In this document: piece after piece, positions 1 to 10,497 of the stretch | How the letters are laid out: every line of letters begins with the position of its first letter | How positions within the stretch are numbered: the first letter of the stretch is position 1 | Translations under genes and position numbers: made by a program | Assembly (NCBI RefSeq): GCF_004010195.1 | Contig: NW_025213386.1 | Coordinates: 1-32,697, forward strand | Reading direction: 5' to 3' | DNA length: 32,697 nucleotides | From: Chiloscyllium plagiosum | Taxonomy: Eukaryota | Notes under the pieces: model-generated | What the model was told of the DNA's origin: nothing | Database searches by the model: none | What the model saw: only the letters and a program-made list of their open reading frames with translations

Positions 1-1118
1 TTGGTGGAGTTCACCCAGTATCTGGTGACAATCTTTGCTCAAGACAATCACTCTCACTCTCCATAATAATGTGCTATCATCTATGGTGATCTGGTCTGGC
101 TGGGTCCAGAAAGGTTTCAATTCTTTTGTTTTAGCAGGACAGAATCTTTTTGTGCCCATAGTCTGATATTGTCAGCGTTGAATGGAAAACTGTCCAGAAT
201 GGTTTAAAACCAGAATGGATTCATCCAGTGGTGGCACCTCCAGTAGTGTACCTGCGAGCAGGAGGAGGCGCACAGCACATTTGCCACTTGGCCTTCCGGA
301 CGGTGTTCCAACTTATAATTGAACACACTCAGAATAAGAGACCACTGCTGAATTTGACTTGAAACTATGAGCAATGCGGCCCTGTTCTCTTTCAATAGTT
401 CTAGCAAGGCTTTGTGGTCCATTCCTGTTGCAAATTTACATTCATAAAATTATTGGTAGTTTTTTCTCACATCAGAGAGCTCTGTCAAACCTTCCTTCTC
501 TATTGGGCTATATCTTCATTTGGCATTAGCTATAGTCTGAGAAACACATGCTATCAGGCATTCCTGTCTGCTGGACCACCACTACCCTCATACTGTACAG
601 GGAGGCATCATATGTCGGCACAATATTTCACTTGGGATCATAGTGAGCCAACACCTTAGATAGAAATAGCTGTTTCTTCACTTCCTTAAAGGATATGTTT
701 TGGCTATGAGGCCATTTCAAAGGCTGCCCCTTACAAATATATGGGTGCCAGGATGGAGGTCAAGTTACATATGATTTTTCTGCACTAATTCCCCAATCCA
801 AGGAAAGACCTAATCTCTGGTACAGATGTGGGAGCCAGGGCACATTTAATCACCCTCACTTTATCTTCCAACAGGTATAACATAGTCTTCTTGACCCTGC
901 AGCCTAAGTAGATGAATTGAGGTGCCTTAAACATGCGTATTTTTTCCCTCCTAAGGCATACCCCCACCTTGGAGAAACATTTAAGCACTATGTTCAATTC
1001 CTCTAAATGCTTGTTATTGGTCTTTCCGGCTATTAGCACGTCATTCAGATAACTGGTGACCTGGGCTAGACCTTGTAAAATGTTCACCATCATCCTCTAG
1101 AAAATGGCACAAGCTGAT

Positions 1119-1340
1119 AGGAGAAAGTGAGGACTGCAGATGCTGGAGGTCAGAATTGAGAATGTGGTGCTGGGAAAGCACAGCTGGTCAGGCAGCATCC
1201 AAGGAGCAGGAGAATCAACCTTTTGGGCATTAGCCCTTCATCAGGAATGAGGTTGATGAAGGGCTTATGCCTGAAGGGTCAATTCTCCTGCACCTCGGAT
1301 GCTGCCTGACCTGTTGTGCTTTTCCAGCACCACACTCTAA
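1119..1340. mobile_element. Short PLE-derived fold-back insert with decayed hammerhead-type cores
   Basis: 10-bp TSD ACAAGCTGAT at 1109-1118 and 1341-1350; removing the insert restores the Gypsy RT frame. Inverted arms at ~1160-1243 and 1254-1337. Shares the end AGGAGAAAGTGAGGACTGCAGATGCTGGAG with the PLE at 1973. Confidence 0.85.
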
Positions 1341-1972
1341 ACAAGCTGATGATACCCCAAAAGGCAGTCTCATATATTGGTACAAAACTTCATGGTTATT
1401 AACTATAGTATACCTCTGTGAATTGTGATCTAAACACAACTGCAAGTATGTATGGCTCATATCCAGCCTCATGAAGGATTGCACATAGGTCCTCTATGCA
1501 AGGGATTGGATCTTTATCCAATTGCGAAAGCGGTTTGCCATTTGTGTGAAATGACCCATCAGGCTTCTCAGTTGGTATATCTGGTGCTGCCTATCTGGTT
1601 TGATGATTCCTTCCCTTTCCAGCCTCCTGATTTCTGCCACTGCTTTTGTAAACAAGGCAAATGGAACTGGGTGGGTCTTACTGGGTGTAATTGCTTCATG
1701 GTCAACATGCAAGGTGGTCTTGGCCCTTTTGTTACTCTCTAGACCTCCCTGAAAATCTTCAGGGTATATATTAGAACATCACTCAGGCAGCTATTTATTA
1801 ATCGAAAAATGTTGAGCTAATTAAACTAATCTTTCTCAACCAATTTCACCCCATCAAGCTTGGGCCCAAGCCTTTTACTACTATCAGTGGTAACTGAAGT
1901 AACGGGTTCTCATAAGAGACCAGAAACGAAGTTATACCCTTAATCTTTAGGGGTTACCTGGCATAGGTTCTC

Positions 1973-3356
1973 AGGAGAAAGTGAGGACTGCAGATGCTGG
2001 AGATCAGAGTCAAGAGCATATGCTAAAAAAGCACAGCCGGTCTGGCAACATCCGAGGACCATCAGTCCTTCATCAAGAATGAGAGCCGTGGGCCAAGGGG
2101 GCTGAGAGATAAATTGGAGGGAAGGTAGGGCTGGTGGGAAGATAGCTGAGGATGCGATAGGTAGATGAAGGTGTGGGTAATGGTGATAGGTTGGAGAGGA
2201 GGGTGGAGCAGATAGGTGGGTAGGAAGATGGACAAGTAGGACGGATCAAGAGGACAGTGCCAAGTTGGAAGCTTGGATCTGTGATAAGGTGGGGGGGAGG
2301 GGAAATGGCAAAATTGCTGAAATCTACATTGATCCCATGTGGTTGGAGAGTTCCAAGGTGGATAATGAGGCATCCTTCCTCCAGGTGGCAGGTGATAAGG
2401 GTATGGCAATGGAGGAGGCACAAGACCTGCATATCCTTGGGGGAGTGGAATGGGGAGTTGGAGTGTTCAGCCATGGGGTGGTGAGGTCACTTCATGCATA
2501 TGCCCCAGAGATGTTCTCTGAAGCATTCTGGAAGTAGGCGTCCTGTCTCCTCAATGTAGAGGAGACCACATTGGGAGCAATGGATAATGTAACTGACATG
2601 AGCGGAAATGCAGCTAAATCTCTGATGGTTGTGGAAGGCTCATTTGGGGCTTTATATGGAGGTGAGGGGGAAGGTGTGGATCCAAGTTTTGAAATTCTTG
2701 CGGTGGCAGGAGAAGGTTCAGGGAGGGGAGGGTGGGTTGGTGCGGGCATGGACATGACAAGAGAGTAGCGGAGGGAATGGTCCTTATGGAACGCAGATAG
2801 GGATGGGGAGGGAAATATATCCCTGGTGGTGGGGTCTATTTGTAGGTGGCAGAAATGGCATAAGCAGAGCTTGGTGGGGTAGAAGGTGAGGACTGGGGGA
2901 GCGTTCTGTCCTTGTTGCGGTTGGAAGGGTCGGGTTCGAGGGCAGAGGTGTGGGAAGTGGATGAGTTGCACTGGAGGGCATCATCAACCGTGTGGGAGGG
3001 GAATCTGTGGTCTTTGAAGGAGGCCATCTGGTATGTTCTATGGTGGAATTGGTCCTCCTGGGAATAGATGTAGCAGAGGTGGAGGAATTTGGAATAAGGG
3101 ATAGCATTTTAACAGGGGGCAGGGTGGGAGGAGGTGTAGTCCAGGTAGCTGTGGGAGTCAGTGGGTTTGTTGTCGATATCCGTGTTGAGTCGGTCACAGT
3201 TAATGGAGGTGGAGAGATCCAGCAAGGAGCGGGAGGTGTTTGAGATAGTCCAGGTGAACTTAAGGTTGGCATGGAAGGTGTTAGTGAAGTTGATGAACTT
3301 TCAACATCCTCATTGGAACACGAGGTGGAGCCGATACAATCAGCTTATACCATGCA
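1973..3356 (-). mobile_element. 5'-truncated Penelope-like retroelement (RT thumb + GIY-YIG endonuclease + 3' UTR/pLTR), frameshifted
   Basis: Minus-strand TDIDNKPTDSHSYLDYTSSHP..NAIPYSKFL (RT thumb), VSYIIHCSQCGLLYIEETGRLLPECFREHL (GIY-YIG) and AEHSNSPFHS..LEE..LIIHLGTLQPHGINVDF (C-terminus). TSD GG(C/T)ATAGGTTCTC at 1960-1972 and 3357-3369. Confidence 0.9.
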
Positions 3357-3395
3357 GGTATAGGTTCTCAGCCTGGCCAAGGTCTTACACAAGGT

Positions 3396-4386
3396 TAGAA
3401 AACAACCCAAGTTTTTCTCTCCTTATAGCTCATACTCTCTAATCCAGGCAGCTTCCTGATAAATGTCTTCTGCACTCTCTCCAAAATCTCCACAGCCTTC
3501 CTGTAATGCGGCGACTGGAATTGAATGCAATACTTGAAGTGTGGCCGAGTCAAAATTGTATAAAGCTGCAACATGACATCCTGACTCTTGTACTCAATTC
3601 CCGGACATATAAAAGCAAGCATGCCATCCATCTTCTTGACCACCCTATTTACTTGTGCTTTCAGCGGGCTATGGATTTAAATCCCGAGATCCCTCTGTTT
3701 GTCGATGCTGTTCAGGATTTTGCCATTAACAATATATTTTTCCTTAACATTTGATCTCCAAAAAGTGCAGCACCTTACACTTACCTGGATTAAACTCCAT
3801 CTGCCATTTCTCCACCCATATCTGCAACTGATCTATATATCTCTATATCCTTTGACAACCTTCTATACTATCCACAACTCCACTGATCTTTGTATTGTCT
3901 GGAAACTTACTAACCCACCTAGCTACATTTTCATCCAAGACATTTATATCACAACCAGCAGAGGTCCTAGTACAAATCCCAATAGAACATTACTAGTCAC
4001 AGACCTCCAGCCTGAGAAACACCTTTCCACCACTCTGCTTTGCCTTCTAAGAGCAAGCCAATGCTGAATCCGCGTGGCCAAGTCAACATGAATCCCATGC
4101 ATTGTAATCCTCTGAATGAGCCTACCCTGAGGGACCTTGTCAAAAGCCTTACTAAAATCCATGTACACAACATCCGTTGGTCTACCCTCATCAATCACCT
4201 TTGACATCTCCTTGAAAAATTAAAGCAAGTTAGTAAGACATGTGTTGCCCTGCATAAAGCCTTGCTGACTGTCCAGGGCTTTTGCCCGAAACTCGATTTT
4301 ACTGCTCCTTGGATGCTGCCTGAACTGCTGTGCTCTACCAGCACCACTAATCCAGAATCCTGTCCCTAATTAGGCCATGTTTTTCC
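3396..4386 (-). mobile_element. CR1-clade (HER1-like) LINE RT fragment lacking its 3' tail
   Basis: ORFs 3944-4207 (DVVYMDFSKAFDKVP...VLGPLL) and 3395-3643 (IEYKSQDVMLQLY..LTRPHFKYCIQF.SPHYRK..LERVQK). Confidence 0.9.
4275..4359 (+). mobile_element. 85-bp PLE 3'-end fragment inside the CR1 copy
   Basis: 6-bp TSD CTGTCC at 4269-4274 and 4360-4365. Sequence AGGGCTTTTGCCCGAAACTCGATT...GGATGCTGCCTGA..CCAGCACCAC is homologous to the arm at 1260-1333. Confidence 0.8.
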
Positions 4387-4874
4387 ATTTGGATTGGTTC
4401 TGGTTTGGATGTTTTAAGCAATGTAACTGTTCCAAACCAAATGTAGGTGGACTTTCTAGAGTGTGCACTCTCCTGGATACCAGCGTATGAGTTTTCTTAC
4501 TCAATTCAGGCCTAGTGGGACTCGTTTGCTGTTTTAACCATTTGGCCATTTCTCTGTTTTGAGGTTTTTCTGTGGTCCCTCTGCTCCAGATAAGGCTATG
4601 CAATTGTTTTCACTCAAGTAGTATTTCCCAAGTTCAGTTGGCCTAGTGAGGTGTCCAATAGTATAGCCTGTAACTCATATGCTCCATTTGTTGTATTTTA
4701 TAATTACAAAGTGAGTGGTAGTGCCTGTTTAAAATCGAGTTGGACTTCAGCTAGTAAGCAGTTTTGCATGGTCACATCATTAATCCCAAATACCAAACAG
4801 TTTCTCATCATCTCACTTATGGCTAAACATGCCTCTGCCAATTATCACAATCTCAATTATCACAATCTCATTAA

Positions 4875-5113
4875 AAATCCCACTAACTGTGGTAGTGCTT
4901 ATTTTTTTCCCCAGCACCCATGTTGTGTGCGTGCAGGTGTGAGACACAGTGAGAGACACAAGGTGCACGAATCTTTATTCAATTTCCACCACCAGGAAGA
5001 TAGGAAAACACTCGAGTGGCCAGTGACAAGCAGTGCCCTTCACAAAAGGGTAATGCTGTGTGATCAAACAGTGAAGGGGAGGGCAGGGATTAAATCAAAA
5101 TAGAGTTGGAGGG
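4875..5113 (-). mobile_element. Tx1/L1-clade LINE 3' UTR fragment
   Basis: Closely matches 10625-10875, which carries a Tx1-like ORF2 C-terminus; AATAAA on the minus strand. Confidence 0.75.
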
Positions 5114-5221
5114 GACACTCATGTTTATATCTGTCAGCTAGGGGTCTTTGATTAGACCAGGTTAACAGCTCCAATCAGGGAATTCTTGTTACACAAGATC
5201 CATCTGACTGACCTCGTTACA
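5114..5221 (-). repeat. Partial 5' LTR of the Gypsy element
   Basis: Minus strand begins TGTAACGAGG at 5221 (TG terminus), contains a TATA-like GATATAAA, and lies upstream of gag in the same orientation. Confidence 0.6.
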
Positions 5222-5314
5222 AACACGAGAGAGCTCTGAGTTCCCAGCCACCAGCAGTTGCTGACCTCCAATAGAATAGAGAAAATAAGTTGTTTAATTT
5301 GGTCTGGAAATATT

Positions 5315-5615
5315 TTGTATTCATTCACAGAGCAACACCAGCCAGGTCAGTTTTTATTGTTCATCCTTAATTGTCCAGAAAGCAGGTGAGAGTCAGCCAC
5401 TTTGCTGTGGGTCTGGTATCACATGTAGGCCGGGCCAGGAAGGATGGGTTTTTCTGACAATCAGCATGGTTTCATGATCGTCATTGGACTCTTAATCCCA
5501 GATTTTTATTCAATTCAAATTCCACCAACTGCCACAGCAGGACTTAAACCCTGATCCTAGGGCATGACCTGAGTCTCTGGATTAAAAATCTAGTGATACT
5601 ACCACCAGGCCATCC
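5315..5615 (-). mobile_element. tRNA-derived shark SINE (decayed)
   Basis: Minus-strand head TGGCCTGGTGG..GGGTTTAAGTCC (A/B-box-like); homologous to 6825-7125 and 16990-17430. Confidence 0.6.
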
Positions 5616-5929
5616 CTACATCTAATTGCCATGAGGATATCACGGGGCTATCTACCACATTGCATCATCTGTTGCTGCTCCATCTGCACCATCTACTCCC
5701 TCTACTCCCTCATCACCAGCATCATTTGCCCTTTTAAAGGATCCATCTGGCTTCTTCATCTTCCCTTCTGAAAATATTTCCCCTTTGCTGAGTGAAGTTG
5801 TGCACAATGCAGCAGACTACAATAAGTCTGGACACACTTTCTAGTGTTCTACCTGAGTGCTCCAAATTGTGGAACCTCAAGCCTCGCAGTCCAACAGTCA
5901 GTTCTCTTGTTGTCTATTGTTGAGGCACA

Positions 5930-6700
5930 GGCACCATTACTATATTTTGCCTCAGCTACATTTTGCAGATTCCACACTGATGTCATTAGTTAGGTCTTCT
6001 GTGGGTATTCCCTATCACCATTTGCTCTTCTGAACAGGGCATTGATAAACTTACTGATGCATTGGTGAGTGGTAGATAGGGATAATCCACACACATCCCA
6101 ATGAAGTAATGGAAAGAATGACAGGCAAAGAAGTCCAATTCCATGGTGACTCTCAAATCTATCAAGTTAAAAATCACACAACACCAGGTTATCGTCCAAC
6201 AGGTTTATTTGGAAGCACTTGCTTTCAGAGCACTGCTCCTTCATTAGGTGGGTGTTGAGTACAAGATCCAACTCAAATCTATCAGCATTGGATCATCGCC
6301 CAGTCGTTGGGGCACAGGTCTTTTTGGACGAGCTGGCACAAGTGAATGACAGCAACTGATCTGCTTGAGGTGCTCTTTGAACAAATTGCCCAGAATGATC
6401 TGCTCATCATAAATGTTTGAGCTTTCTGTCCTTTCCTGATCATTTTTTGCCCAATGTGGAAATTCTGTTTACCATCAGATAAAGCGTAGCCTCTACCACC
6501 CATTGTTATCAATGCCATCTTGAAGGATGACTGTCCAGATTACTTATTGTTGATACAGTCATGTGTACAGACATTGCAGCAGCAAACTTGGAACTTGAAG
6601 CCATGATCGTACACTTTCCTTTAATCACTATTGAGCTTGCCACCATCACCCTTGACCCTTAGTCCAACAGCCTTGCATTGAAGTAAGATAAGTTCCTTAT
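5930..6700 (+). mobile_element. Possible highly decayed PIF/Harbinger transposase remnant
   Basis: Short plus-strand peptides LYFASATF and QGIDKLTDAL recall HARBI1-type L.FFATGSF and VTDAL motifs in the expected order. Weak; no ORF. Confidence 0.25.
6165..6271 (-). mobile_element. 107-bp PLE 3'-end insert with hammerhead-type core
   Basis: 13-bp TSD CTCAAATCTATCA at 6152-6164 and 6272-6284. Minus strand CTAATGA-A-GGAGC-AGT-GCTCT-GAAA. Confidence 0.75.
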
Positions 6701-6824
6701 CAGCCCCATATCAGCTGTCACCATCATGCTTCCCCTTGGCACAGTGACACTTCCCTCCACCCACCTCACTCTTAACTACTAACCATGCACTTCTATTATT
6801 ATTTAACTTTGTACAGTTTTGTTT

Positions 6825-7125
6825 GTTTATTGATGGGATGTGACATACCCAGCATTTTTTGCCCATTGTTAATTATCCTTGAAACCAGTAGTCAAGAATA
6901 TTGCTGTCAGTCTGGAAGCACATGTAAGTCAGATCAGGTAAAGACATTAGGCTTCTTTCCCAAAAGGGCATTTGTGAACCAAATGAGTTTTTCCAAATAT
7001 CGTTACAAGCTTACCAGTAATGGGAGTCACATTTCAATTCCTGATTTGGTTTTTATTTTATATTATTTGTTGTATTTAAGTTCTAGTAGCTGCCATTGTC
7101 AGATTTGAACCTACGTCCCTAAAGC
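6825..7125 (-). mobile_element. tRNA-derived shark SINE (decayed), same family as 5315-5615
   Basis: Shared blocks CCAGCATTTTTTGCCC..AATT, TTGCTG..GTCTGGA..CACATGTA.G.C.G..CAGG and a minus-strand B-box GGTTCAAATC. Confidence 0.55.
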
Positions 7126-7559
7126 CTTGGAGCAAAAATCGTCTTGAATGTTAGAGAAAGCTCGATGGGCTAAATGGCTCAAGCCTGCTCCTATTTTATA
7201 TGTTTCTATATTATACTCGTTCCAACTCCAGTACATTAATTCACCTGATGCAAGCTACCTATATACATTTGTAGATCCAGAGGCATATATTTCTTGTTTG
7301 TGCGTTATTTAATTTGGGAGCTGCAATTCATTCTTTTGAGATTACCTTTTAAGGAGCAAGCACAACATTAAAAACACATGCAAAGGAGCTTCCAGGTGCT
7401 TACAGTCAAACATCTGAGAACTTAATATCTAAGTTGCATCCCTTCTTTGGGAAGCTGATTTTTGATCCCTATTCAAAGTTCTCTTGCCCACCAAGATTTC
7501 CACCCTAAGAACAACACAAAATTCTGCCCAATACTCCAGGTCAAGTGATTTTTCATGAG

Positions 7560-7675
7560 AATTCTGATGAATTTATTCAACCAGAAATGTAAATTTTATT
7601 TCTCTTCACATGCACTGCCTGATCTATTGGTTATTTTCAGATATTTATGTCTTTATTCCAGCATCTGTAGTATCC
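7560..7675 (+). mobile_element. Old PLE 3'-end remnant with hammerhead-type core
   Basis: CTGATGA (7564)..GAAA (7584) followed by CTGCCTGATCT..TCCAGCATCTGTAGT, as in the other PLE ends. Confidence 0.55.
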
Positions 7676-7764
7676 CACTGTTACTTACTGCAGGGTTATC
7701 CCCTTCAGCTCAGCAGCTGTGCGCATTTTACTATTAAAAATTTTGAAGGAGCAAATTTTTGCAG

Positions 7765-7950
7765 GTACTGGGATCTGTACTGAAAACAACAAATGCTGGA
7801 GATTGCAGTTGGCCAGGCGGCATTCATGGAGAGAGAGCAAGCTAACGTTTCGAGTCTAGATGACTTGTCGATTGAATATATTGAAGTTGTTGCGAGGGTT
7901 CGTAAAGGTGGAGACACTCTCTCTCTGTGAGTACAGCTTCATTTGTACTG
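7765..7950 (-). mobile_element. PLE 3'-end remnant
   Basis: Minus strand GTCATCTAGACTCGAAACGTTAGCTTGCTCTCTCTCCATGAATGCCGCCTGGCC..TCTCCAGCATTTG; direct repeat TGTACTGAAA at 7776-7785 and 7944-7953. Confidence 0.55.
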
Positions 7951-8016
7951 AAAGTCCTCCTATTGCCCCTCCTGTTTCAAGAACCCATCTACTATTTGTA
8001 ACTGAATTGTGAACCC

Positions 8017-9295
8017 GCATGGTTTTGTGCAGGGAAAGTCATGTCTTACAAACTTAACATAATTCTTTGAAAAGATGACAAAAGTGATTGATGAGGGAAG
8101 GGATGTAGATGTCATATACATGGACTTTAGTAAGGCATTTGGTAAGGTTCCCCATGGTAGACTGATGAAGAAGGTGAAATCGCATGGGGTCCAGGCTGTC
8201 CTAGCTAGATGGATAGAGAACTGTTTGGGCAACAGGAGACAGCGAGTAGTAGTGGAAGGGTGCTTCTCAAAATGGAGACCTGTAGCCAGTGGTATCCTAC
8301 AGGGATCCATGCTGGGACCACTGTTATTTGTGATATACATAAATGATTTAGAGGAAGGTGTAGGTTGCATCATTAGCAAGTTTGCAGATGACACTAAGAT
8401 TGGTGGAGTAGCAGATAGTGAAGGGGACTGTCAGAGAATACAGCAAAATATAGACAGAATGGAGAATTGGGCAGAGAAACAGCAGATGGAATTCAATCTG
8501 GACAAATGCGAGGTGTTGCATTTTGGAAGATGCAATTCCAGAGCAAACTATACAGTAAATAGAAAACTTTTGTGGAAAATTGATGTACAGAGAGATCTGG
8601 GTGTTCAGGTCTATTGTTCCCTGAAGATGGCTACGCAGGTCAGTAGAGTTGTCAAGAAGGCATACGGTATGTTTTCCTTCATCAGACGGGATATTGAATT
8701 CAAGAATTGGTAGGACATGTTAAAGTTGTCTAAGACTTTGGTTGGGCCACATTTGGAATACTGCGTACAATTCTGGTCACCACATTACCAAAAGGATGTG
8801 GATGCTTTGGTGAGGGTGCAGAGAAGGTTCACCAGGATGTTGCCTGGTATGGAGGGCAGTAGCTATGAAGAGAGGTTGAATAGATTAGGATTATTTTCAT
8901 TGGAAAGAAGGAGGTTGAGGGGGCGACCTGATTGAGGCTGACAAAATCACGACAGGGTGGATAGCAAGAAACTTTTTCCCAGAGTGGAGGACTCAATTAG
9001 TAGGGATCACAAGTTCAAAGTGAGAGAGGAAAAGTTTAGGGGAGATGTACATGGGAGGTTCTTCACGCAGAGGGTGGTGGGTACCCTGGAATGTGTTGCC
9101 AGTGGAGGTGATAGAGGCGGGAATGATAGTGCCATTTAAGATGTATCTAGGCAGATACCTGAATGGGGAGGGAGCAGAGGGATACAGATCCTTAGAAAAT
9201 AGGCGGTAGATTTAGATAGAGAATCTGGATCAGAGCAGGCTTGGAGGGCCGAAGGGCCTGTTCCTGTGCTATAATGTTCTTTGTTCTTTGTTCTG
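8017..9295 (+). mobile_element. HER1/CR1 LINE, 5'-truncated; best-preserved copy in the window (RT through 3' tail)
   Basis: ORF 8075-8713 has DVIYMDFSKAF, QGSMLGPLLF and KFADDTK, and continues in frame past one TAG (8717-8935, PHLEYCVQFWSPHY). 3' tail repeat (TTGTTCT)n. Confidence 0.95.
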
Positions 9296-9459
9296 CTCTT
9301 TGACCATTAATTGGACAATGCTGGAAAAATCTCTGTTGGGTGTTTGCTTCTGGCACCTTGTGAGTCAGGAACCCACTTTTTACCCTGACTTTAGCATTCT
9401 AATCCAGAACATAAAATGTTTTTCATAGTCACTAATATGATGCAGGATCATCCAGCAAA

Positions 9460-9770
9460 CAATCTGCAAACAAACAGCAATGAAGTGTTGATTGGTGGAT
9501 TAATATTAGCCAAGGTGCTTCGCCTGCTGTACTTCAAATAGTGCTGTGGAATCATTATATTCATCTGAGAAGGAAGATGGAGTCTCAATTTAATGTCTCA
9601 TCTAAAAGACAGCATTTCAAACAGCGACACACTGTTCACCACTAACATGCTACAGTACTGGGACGAAGCAACACTCTAGTTTATAAGCTCAGATCTTGAG
9701 AGAAAATATTAATCCTATTACCTTTGACTCAATGGGGAACAGTGTTATCACTGAGCCAAGGTTGACACTT
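9460..9770 (-). mobile_element. Deu-domain SINE (SacSINE1-like), decayed
   Basis: Block CTTCAAATAGTGCTGTGGAATC..TTTAATGTCTCATCTAAAAGACAGC is shared with 13391-13830 and resembles the Deu domain. Confidence 0.6.
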
Positions 9771-10189
9771 AATTACATATTATTAGTTTGTATGTCCTTC
9801 TCCTGTCCTGCTGCTAAGATGCGCCCCATAGTATATTGATATTAATAGGACTTCAATAATTGATTTTGACCCTAACTGTTTTGTGATTTGTACAAAATGA
9901 CTTGATTTTCACAATGGTAGTGGCTATGAAGAGGCAGCTGATAAAACCAACCATCAGTGATTGAAGTTTGCATTCTATTGAATTCTCATTCTACATTTTA
10001 TCTAACATGAAGTAAATAAGTGTTACGTTGTGCAGAATTATATAATGAAATTACTGGTGGAGACCTTGAGAAAGAAACAAATAATTTAATCTCAGTTTCG
10101 ATGATTAGATCTTCACTGGAAGGCAGGAGATTATTCTTTCTCTCAACAGCAGCTAAACTGACACACACTGTAAGAAAATCAGACATGCA

Positions 10190-10497
10190 GCGAGTCACCA
10201 GGGACCCTGGTTCGATTCCAGCTTCATGCAACGACCTGTGTGGAGTTTGCACATTCTCCCCATGTCTGTGTGGATTTCCTCTAGGTGCTCGTTTCTCCCA
10301 CAGTACAAAGATGTGCAGGTCAGGTGGATTTGCCATGCTAAATTGTGCATAGTGTCCAGGGATGTATAGACTAGATGGGTTAGCCATGGGAAATGCATGG
10401 TCATCGGGAGAGGGAAAGGGGGGCTGGGATGCTCTTCGGAAGGTCAGTGTGGACTCAATAGGCAAAATGGCCTGCTTCTACACTGTAGGGATTCTAT
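10190..10497 (+). mobile_element. HE1 SINE (V-SINE type); tail resumes at 11007-11030
   Basis: B-box GGTTCGATTCC, V-domain TGTGTGGAGTTTGCACATTCTCCCCATGTCTGTGTGG, HER1-like tail CTGTAGGGATTCTATGATTCTAT. Confidence 0.85.

Larger units (their letters stand above)
1..5221 (-). mobile_element. Decayed Gypsy/Ty3 LTR retrotransposon (partial 5' LTR, gag, protease, RT, RNase H; runs off the window start), split by nested insertions
   Basis: Minus-strand translations: gag-like LAEAC..ISEMMRNCLVFGINDVTMQNCLLAEVQLDFKQAL (~4720-4850); protease C-half LRTY..PLKIKG...LPLIVVKGLGPSLMG*NWL (3357-3395 joined to 1830-1972); RT LYQYMRLPFGVSSAC|AIF*RMMVNILQGL..YLNDVLI (YxDD-type motif); RNase H end DHKALL...IQQWSLILS..YKLEHRPEG (204-422). 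Many stops and frameshifts. Confidence 0.9.

Noticed and set aside
2062..3272. Multiple long overlapping Pro/Gly-rich ORFs on both strands
   Set aside because: These are off-frame and antisense readings of the purine-skewed, frameshifted PLE, not genes.
8075..8935. 212-aa RT ORF as a functional or domesticated gene, or a readthrough product
   Set aside because: 5'-truncated HER1 copy. The TAG and later frameshifts are ordinary decay, with no promoter or splice evidence.
10090..10120. Possible further hammerhead core on minus (GTGAAGA..TCGAAAC)
   Set aside because: Stem II does not pair convincingly and the flanks do not clearly match the other PLE ends.
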